From an uncultured virus (IMG/VR IMGVR_UViG_3300029928_000270) (Duplodnaviria; Heunggongvirae; Uroviricota; Caudoviricetes), in the IMG/VR virus record IMGVR_UViG_3300029928_000270: a stretch of DNA of 63,123 nucleotides. One strand, written 5' to 3'. Below, one piece after another: positions 56,637-63,123 of this stretch. A model generated the notes under the pieces. That model saw only the letters and a list, made by a program, of their open reading frames with translations, did no database searches and was not told the DNA's origin. Numbering within the stretch: position 1 is the stretch's first letter; each line of letters starts with the position of its first letter. The position numbers and the translations under genes are program-made.

Positions 56637-57905
56637 ATGCAGTTTTCATTGAGTCAGATTTATCCTTGTTCAAAAGTTGAACTTGGAAGCGAGTTGTTTT
56701 ACATATGTGAGTTAGGCAAGTACTTGCAGACTCACGGACACGTTCTCAGCCTTTCGGGTATTGTGTTTAGTTCAGACTTGAAAAAGTCAAACTATTGGAA
56801 TTATCTTCAGGTAGCCTATCGTAACGGATGGCTTGTGGACATGCCCGACAGTTTTGAAGAAAGTCTGTCACCAGTTACTCTCCACCTTGTGAAGAATATT
56901 CAAATCGTGGAAGACTACGTTCCTTGGAATGCAGAAGAAGATACAAGGAGAAAGACAGACGAAGAATACAATACATATATGCCACGCAAGAAGCAGGTTA
57001 TCTTCGCAACAAAGACTGATGATGTTTGGGAGTTTTCTTCCTGCGAGGAAGGTGCTAAAAACTCTGTTAATATTCAGAGTCTGAAGGATGATTTAATCTC
57101 CCAGTCTTTCGTATCCTTGACTGCTTACGTAGCGGTAAATCGTTTATTAACGGGTGTACCTAAGTCATTCTTCTTAGCTCCGCAATTTGACTTCTTAGCT
57201 ATCACTTTGTCGTTTGCAGATATGACTCTTCTTTTTGAAGAAACAAACGCTTTGAATGGTTGGTGTTTTGCGGATACTGGGGAAGAAGCTCGCTTTAGTT
57301 ATGAGGGTTGGTGGTTCAAGTATTCAGATTTAGGATATATGTCAAGGTATTATAATCCCTCAGAAAAGAAAGCCGAGTTCAAGAAGTTAGGTTTTTGCAG
57401 GGGAGACGTTGTGTTCTTGTATAAGAGAGACAAATGTCAGGTTCTGAACAACATTAAGTCCATCAGTTCCTGCAACTACGCTATTATACGTGACGTAAAT
57501 CGTGGGGGTCTTATCCTTGACGTGTTCTTCACAAGAAATACGAGATTTGGCGAGTCCTTAAGATTTGAGTCTTATCCAAAGGAGTTACAGAATATGTATT
57601 TTAGTGACTCTTACAAGAATTGCAGACATTCAATTAAGGCAATACCTTGGGACGCCTTGGGTATTGAATATATGCTTTATGATGAGGAGTTCTTCATTTC
57701 TTGTATTGAGAAGGCGGACAACCTTGTAGTTCAGGATTGTACAGAAGACTTGGAAGAGAGGGAGTTCACTTTAGATTGTGTAAACGCTATCTATTGGCTT
57801 CTGAAAGACCACGAGATTGACTTTGACGATGAGTTGTATCGGAAGAAGCACTTCAAGGGGGTACTTCCTATGTGGGATGCTTTCAAGCAGGGTAAACTGA
57901 AATAA
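56637..57905 (+). CDS. hypothetical protein
   Basis: 422 aa, AGGAGG RBS. Confidence 0.7.
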   Translation: MQFSLSQIYPCSKVELGSELFYICELGKYLQTHGHVLSLSGIVFSSDLKKSNYWNYLQVAYRNGWLVDMPDSFEESLSPVTLHLVKNIQIVEDYVPWNAEEDTRRKTDEEYNTYMPRKKQVIFATKTDDVWEFSSCEEGAKNSVNIQSLKDDLISQSFVSLTAYVAVNRLLTGVPKSFFLAPQFDFLAITLSFADMTLLFEETNALNGWCFADTGEEARFSYEGWWFKYSDLGYMSRYYNPSEKKAEFKKLGFCRGDVVFLYKRDKCQVLNNIKSISSCNYAIIRDVNRGGLILDVFFTRNTRFGESLRFESYPKELQNMYFSDSYKNCRHSIKAIPWDALGIEYMLYDEEFFISCIEKADNLVVQDCTEDLEEREFTLDCVNAIYWLLKDHEIDFDDELYRKKHFKGVLPMWDAFKQGKLK

Positions 57906-57932
57906 GTCTTAGTGCAACTGGAGGTGTTGTAG

Positions 57933-58280
57933 TTGAATGAATTAAGTTTGGTACGTGTAGCTAAGGAGTTGTTGACAATTCAGGAGAACTTTCCTTTCTA
58001 CGTGAGAAGAGATATGAGAGAATTTTCTTTGGATATTTTTACTCAGGTGTGGGGTAGTTCATCGGGTGGTTTTGACGGGGTAGGTTGCTCTGTTATGACT
58101 CCAATGCAGACTTATGTCCTTTCAAGTTTAACTGATAATCGTTGCTATGTGTTCTTTGGTGGGCGATATGCTTACTGTGTGGAAGCAGATGACGCTTTCT
58201 GTGAGGACTTAAAGAACAGAGATTTGAAAGGTTGTTGGGAGTGCAAGCGTTATTATAAAGTATTGGGGGTAGTTGAATGA
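57933..58280 (+). CDS. hypothetical protein
   Basis: TTG start after GGAGG. Confidence 0.6.
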   Translation: MNELSLVRVAKELLTIQENFPFYVRRDMREFSLDIFTQVWGSSSGGFDGVGCSVMTPMQTYVLSSLTDNRCYVFFGGRYAYCVEADDAFCEDLKNRDLKGCWECKRYYKVLGVVE

Positions 58281-60499
58281 GTGCTTTTGAAAGAATTCAA
58301 ACTTACAGTTCAAGTTCTATAAGTGGATTGGAAAGAGCATCGCAAAATACGGAAGTTACAAACAGTAAATACGATACTTCTAAACCAACGGGAGAATTCC
58401 TTGCAAAATTAGAGGCTATGCACTTTAATATGGAAGAGTTGGAGAAAGTTCTTGTTTGTGAGGATGACCAGCTAATTGAGTCGGGCGCAGGTAGTGGCAA
58501 GAGTACGACTCTTATCTTCAAGATTATGTATGATTTGATTTCAGGCAGGTCTACTTGTGAAAAGAAATTACCCGAAGGTCAAACGGTAACAGTACCAGAC
58601 AAAATCTGGGTATCAACTTTCTTGCGTTCAGGCGCAGATGAGTTAAAGACAAAGTTAGGAAAATGGCAGTCAAAGTTAGGCTATCCTATTTCCGCAGATG
58701 CAGTAGAATTCAGTACAATGCATGCCGAATTCAAACGTGCTTTAACTGAAATGGGTGTTAAGATAAACTTATGCCCAACAGACCCTAAGTCTGCAACCTC
58801 AGCACGAAGTCTTTTAAGAAAGGCAATAAACGATATGGGTATTCTTCCCTCAGACCATGAGAAGTTGACAGAAGATGACTATCAGGCAATCGAGGGTATG
58901 GTTACCAGTTACAGAAACCGCCTTGACGAGTCGAAGTATGATATAACTACTATGTTGTATTACGGCATGACCACAATCATTATGGACGCTTTAGTTGAGT
59001 CGTTCAGACAGAAGAGATTGGCAAGTGGTGTAATGGACTTTGAAGACTTGCAGGAGTTGCTTTATAAATATTTGTATGTAACTCCTAACAAGGCAGTTCA
59101 GGACTTTATTGCCAGTAGATATAAGTATATCTACTTAGACGAGTTTCAGGATACTTCACAGATACAATATGCTATTCTTCAGTTCTATGCAAGAGGTCGC
59201 CTTGTGTATAACAAGGAAACCAAAGCTGGGTACAAGCAACCAATTTTTGACGGTTTATACGTGCCTTATGAGAGAATGGAACAAAGAATAGTTGCTTGTG
59301 GTGACAGTGACCAGTGTATTTACTCTTGGAGAGGTTCTGACGTACGCATCATATCAGAATGGTTTGAGAGAGATTTTCATCCGACAGTTTCCCAGTTAAC
59401 TGTAAACTACAGATGTCCTGCAAACATCCTAAAACCCGTCATTCCAAGCATTGAGAGAAATACAATGAGACATGAGAAACCCTTGGTATCTTTCAGAGAG
59501 GGTGGTGAGTATAACATTCTCTTGAACAATGACCTCTTTTTCATGTTGGAAGATATGTGCAAGCGTATTGAAGCTGACGTTCAGAACGGTCTTTCCGTTG
59601 CAGTAATCTGTCGTACAAACTACGATGGGGTATTACCTGCGTTATATCTTGAAATGATGGGTAAGTTCAAGTTCAGTATTAGTGGTGCAACTATGACTTT
59701 GGATACCGCTTTACCGAGAAAACTTCTTGCAATGGCAAGTCTGTTTACAGAGAGGTCATCTTTAAACGTAAAGAACAGCTTGTCTATGTTCGTAGGCAAA
59801 CAGAACGAATGGCGAGTAGCTCAAATGGTAAAAGCAATGAAGAACGATAACTCAAGTATATGGGAGGTTGACCTTGAAGACGTAGCTTACAGTTGCCCAG
59901 ACTTACTTCCCATAATCAAGATGCTTCGTACTATGGTGTTAGACGAAGACGGCAAACGGGTACGTGAAAATGAACCGAATGCGTTACTTCACTTATATTC
60001 TGTGTTGTATTCACAGGTTTACGTAGGGGACAGTATTTTCTGCTTAAATGCAAGACTGTTCTTATCAGTTTTCATAAAGATACTTGAAGATAACGACTTC
60101 TCCAGTATTTTTGAGTTTCAGGAGAGAATGTCTTTATACGGTGACTCTCTCAAGAGTAGAATTAAGGCAGAGAATGCTCCAGTTTCAGTTGTAACAGTTC
60201 ACGAGTTCAAGGGTAAAGAGCGTGACAGTGTGTATTTATGGCATGACTCCATAGATACGTTCCCTGCAAAGAAATGCGACCTTTCAAACGATGTTCAGTT
60301 GGAAGAAGAACGAAGAGTTCATTACATAGCCTGCACCAGAGCAAGAAAAAAGATGACGATATATGCTCAATCCTCAAATTTAGGTAAGTTCTTGAGAGAG
60401 TTAGATGCAAAGCGGACGGAGTTGAGAAAGCCAATTTCAGGCAGTATCGGAAAAGATTCGGCAGAAGCATCCGATGGGGTATGGTCTGAATTTATTTAG
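58277..60499 (+). CDS. UvrD/PcrA-like SF1A helicase
   Basis: SGAGSGKS, STMH, LDEFQDTS, GDSDQCIYSWRG, NYRC, TVHEFKGKE, EERRVHYIACTRA. Confidence 0.92.
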   Translation: MSAFERIQTYSSSSISGLERASQNTEVTNSKYDTSKPTGEFLAKLEAMHFNMEELEKVLVCEDDQLIESGAGSGKSTTLIFKIMYDLISGRSTCEKKLPEGQTVTVPDKIWVSTFLRSGADELKTKLGKWQSKLGYPISADAVEFSTMHAEFKRALTEMGVKINLCPTDPKSATSARSLLRKAINDMGILPSDHEKLTEDDYQAIEGMVTSYRNRLDESKYDITTMLYYGMTTIIMDALVESFRQKRLASGVMDFEDLQELLYKYLYVTPNKAVQDFIASRYKYIYLDEFQDTSQIQYAILQFYARGRLVYNKETKAGYKQPIFDGLYVPYERMEQRIVACGDSDQCIYSWRGSDVRIISEWFERDFHPTVSQLTVNYRCPANILKPVIPSIERNTMRHEKPLVSFREGGEYNILLNNDLFFMLEDMCKRIEADVQNGLSVAVICRTNYDGVLPALYLEMMGKFKFSISGATMTLDTALPRKLLAMASLFTERSSLNVKNSLSMFVGKQNEWRVAQMVKAMKNDNSSIWEVDLEDVAYSCPDLLPIIKMLRTMVLDEDGKRVRENEPNALLHLYSVLYSQVYVGDSIFCLNARLFLSVFIKILEDNDFSSIFEFQERMSLYGDSLKSRIKAENAPVSVVTVHEFKGKERDSVYLWHDSIDTFPAKKCDLSNDVQLEEERRVHYIACTRARKKMTIYAQSSNLGKFLRELDAKRTELRKPISGSIGKDSAEASDGVWSEFI

Positions 60500-60518
60500 T
60501 TAGTTGGAGGTGTTTCAA

Positions 60519-61469
60519 ATGTCAGTTACTATAAATGGAAAAGTTTGTACTCTCGCAAACTATTTACAGCTTACAGATGGTTATTCACCCGACATACAAG
60601 ATGAAGTAAGGAGCGCCATATTAGATGACACTCCTATCGGAGGGTATATAGAGAAGTGTAAGGGAGACAGTTTCAAGTTAAACCAGATAAGGCTTGCAAT
60701 TCGTGAGTATGTTCCTGCAAGATACATTAGTCAACGTTTAAGTGCATCTAATCTGCGTTTAATCCGCACTGCCCACAGGGAGGGTTTGTCATTAAACCAC
60801 TTAGAAAAGTATATAACTCCAAGGGGGATATTGTCTATTTCTTGTGACAGCTTGGATTTAATACTCAGTGCATATCTTGACGGAGCAGATATTTCTCAGG
60901 TAGATTTTACTCATGTACGTGAGGATACAGTTGATTTGTTCTGCTCAGGCTTAAGAAAGGGGTATCCAATGTGGGTAGTTACTACAGAAGACCCTACAAT
61001 AAGTCGTAGTAAGTTATCACTTTTAATGAAGTGCATGAACTTGAACTTAGATATCCATCCGTTCTTAACTCGAAACTGGACTTTGAGTTGCATAAATCTG
61101 ATTGCAGTTAATGCAAACAAGCTCGAGTATACTGTTCTTATGAAGCATGTAAATGAAAGGTTTTCTGAGGAACAGTTAACTGAGGTAATAAGCGTAGCTA
61201 CTGAGTGGTTAGACTTCCTACCATTATGCTTAAAAGATGAGCAGGGCAATCCGCTTTTCAACGAGTATCAGATGTCAGTACTTGGTAGTATTATCAAGTA
61301 CAACTCAAGGCAGGAAAACTTAGGAAAGCAAACTGTAAAGATTGAGGAGTTCTTGAAGCCTAACATGTCAGATATGAAAATGTTAGAGATGTTTGACAAA
61401 AAGAAAGCAGAGATTTCTGTAGAGGAGAGTAAGGTGTTAGGTGGAAAGCTCCCAAAGAGGGGTATTTAG
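60519..61469 (+). CDS. hypothetical helical-repeat protein
   Basis: About 317 aa; repeated Q..E(V/I)R.A motifs. Confidence 0.6.
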   Translation: MSVTINGKVCTLANYLQLTDGYSPDIQDEVRSAILDDTPIGGYIEKCKGDSFKLNQIRLAIREYVPARYISQRLSASNLRLIRTAHREGLSLNHLEKYITPRGILSISCDSLDLILSAYLDGADISQVDFTHVREDTVDLFCSGLRKGYPMWVVTTEDPTISRSKLSLLMKCMNLNLDIHPFLTRNWTLSCINLIAVNANKLEYTVLMKHVNERFSEEQLTEVISVATEWLDFLPLCLKDEQGNPLFNEYQMSVLGSIIKYNSRQENLGKQTVKIEEFLKPNMSDMKMLEMFDKKKAEISVEESKVLGGKLPKRGI

Positions 61470-61549
61470 GTGAGTGCTTTTATTTTCTGCTTCATGTCCG
61501 CATAAGTAACAAATATCTTTTAATTTTAATTCCAGCAGGAGGGTAAATT

Positions 61550-62029
61550 ATGGTTAAGAAGAGTTTCAAAAATCATGTAGTTTGTGCCACACTTATATCA
61601 GTAGTTTTCACTTTGTGTGGATGTTCTGCAAAAACTTCAGTTGCCACAGTATTCGGTGTTGCGACGGGAGATAAGGTAAGAATTGAGTACGATACTACTT
61701 CTACGGATAACGGTTTGTACTCAGAGGATGCTGAGTTCTATGTAGGTATTAAGGGTGAAAATCCAATAGTATCAGGTTGTTTCTCAAATCAGGATACTTG
61801 GGATTATTACTCAGAAGCAGTTAAGCAGACAGAAGAAGCTGAGGTACTTGAGTGTGTAGAAACTGTGGGCGAGGAGTGCATTTATTATGCAATAGACTCA
61901 GAAGTTGGTATGCAGTATATCAAAATCTTCAGGGTTCCCGAGTCGAACACTTTTGTTATCTTAGCTTCTTTGAAAGATAAGGCTGAGGTAGATGATAACA
62001 TTGAAAGGTTGACTTTCTCAGTGGAGTAA
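61550..62029 (+). CDS. lipoprotein
   Basis: LCGC lipobox after hydrophobic signal. Confidence 0.65.
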   Translation: MVKKSFKNHVVCATLISVVFTLCGCSAKTSVATVFGVATGDKVRIEYDTTSTDNGLYSEDAEFYVGIKGENPIVSGCFSNQDTWDYYSEAVKQTEEAEVLECVETVGEECIYYAIDSEVGMQYIKIFRVPESNTFVILASLKDKAEVDDNIERLTFSVE

Positions 62030-62133
62030 TATACTAACGGAAACATGAGGTTGTGAGAATTTTACGAGAATTACCTCTCAAAGTAAAGTTCTCATGACCT
62101 TTGTTTCATTTCCTTTGGAAATGGAGTGATTAT

Positions 62134-63123
62134 ATGAAAGATTATGCAGTCAAGATATGGTTAGCATTGTCGATTTTCATTTTGGTAGTATGTACGGCTC
62201 TATGTTGGAGGCTTGGGTATAAGAACAATGGGCAAGACAAGGTTTCAGCAAAGGAAACCGATGGGTATTCAGGTGTAGTTACGTTATGTGAAAATTTAAA
62301 TAGTGTTAAGCAGTATGAGGATTTAGGTTTAGGTGCAAAAGGTGATTTAATAGGGGAGAGTTCAGAAGAAAGTGTAGAGGAGAATACATCTTGGTTCAGT
62401 GTAGACACATTGAGGGGTACGATGTATGCTACAACCAGTGTAAATATAAGGAAAGAACCGTCCAAGGATGCAGACAGAGTTGGTTTATTATCTTATGGAA
62501 ACGAGATAGAAATATCAGGGGTATGTAATAATGGTTGGTATCAAGTTGTATACGGTGGAGGTGTAGCTTACATATCAGGTAGGTATTTGACGGAAACAAA
62601 ACCCTCAGTTGTCAGTTACCCATCGTATGAAGGGTTTATTGTAAACGGTGGGAACGTGGCAGACAAATGGCTCTTTAAGTTGGATGCAAATTACTGCAAG
62701 ATACCTGAGAACGTGCGTTCAAGTTTTCAGAAGAACGGTTGGCAGGTAGTGTGTACATCTGAGGATTTAGGTGACAAGTTCTTCAGTTCGCAGGTAACGG
62801 TTCAAGCGGTTGCTGATAAGGGCTCAAAGACAATATATGTTGAAGCCCGAGAAGCGGCTATGACAAGTATATTGCATGAAATCGGTCATTATATTGACTG
62901 GGAGTGCGGATGGGTATCTTCCACTAAGGAGTTTTTATCAATTTACAGGTCAGAAGTAGATGTATTTAAATCAGTTGTTACAACAAGTGATAATAACACG
63001 GCATCTGCAACGGAGTATTTTGCGGAAGCATATCAGGTATACTTAGAGTATCCTGAGTTATTAAGTAAGTATTGCCCAAATACATACTCATATGTTGTTG
63101 GGTATTCAGAAAGTCTAAATTAA
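62134..63123 (+). CDS. membrane-anchored SH3b + zinc metallopeptidase (anthrax-LF/PPEP-1-like)
   Basis: N-terminal TM; VNIRKEPS...GWYQV...YISGRYL (SH3b); LHEIGH and EYFAE. Confidence 0.8.
   Translation: MKDYAVKIWLALSIFILVVCTALCWRLGYKNNGQDKVSAKETDGYSGVVTLCENLNSVKQYEDLGLGAKGDLIGESSEESVEENTSWFSVDTLRGTMYATTSVNIRKEPSKDADRVGLLSYGNEIEISGVCNNGWYQVVYGGGVAYISGRYLTETKPSVVSYPSYEGFIVNGGNVADKWLFKLDANYCKIPENVRSSFQKNGWQVVCTSEDLGDKFFSSQVTVQAVADKGSKTIYVEAREAAMTSILHEIGHYIDWECGWVSSTKEFLSIYRSEVDVFKSVVTTSDNNTASATEYFAEAYQVYLEYPELLSKYCPNTYSYVVGYSESLN

Noticed and set aside
1306..62465. Minus-strand and nested ORFs in the six-frame track
   Set aside because: All are shadows of longer + strand genes, lack RBS and show no recognisable motifs.
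1..63123. tRNA/rRNA genes, virion structural genes, alternative genetic code
   Set aside because: No cloverleaf or rRNA-like segments or capsid/terminase motifs were recognised, and genes are full length under the standard code using all three stop codons.

Overview
This is an AT-rich, gene-dense 63 kb segment with essentially all genes on the + strand. It most likely comes from a large (jumbo) phage or phage-like extrachromosomal replicon of a Firmicutes/Clostridia host, based on AGGAGG ribosome-binding sites, extended -10 sigma-A-type promoters and lipoproteins. No capsid, terminase or tail gene is recognisable. It carries a replication, recombination and nucleotide-metabolism module: family A DNA polymerase, TOPRIM primase, clamp-like and delta-like proteins, SSB, RecD2 and UvrD helicases, a split Rad50 with Mre11, a ligase C-terminal half, dUTPase, ThyA, HD hydrolases and a 5'-nucleotidase. 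It also has an adenine methyltransferase, a diguanylate cyclase, a sigma-factor-like protein and several cell-envelope proteins. The standout is 31906-35172: a nuclease-less Nop/IS110-related protein followed by about 50 tandem 37-nt units of two alternating short repeats separated by variable 9-nt spacers, which is the TIGR-Tas RNA-guided architecture. Other unexplained signals are a strongly strand-biased GGGTAT hexamer, a four-copy bipartite AGTAT-N15-AGTTCGCTTG motif (candidate alternative-sigma promoter, one copy pointing into the array), a T4 gene-32-like pseudoknot upstream of the SSB gene, and promoters embedded in palindromes. All product calls come from motif recognition by eye; no database search was run.
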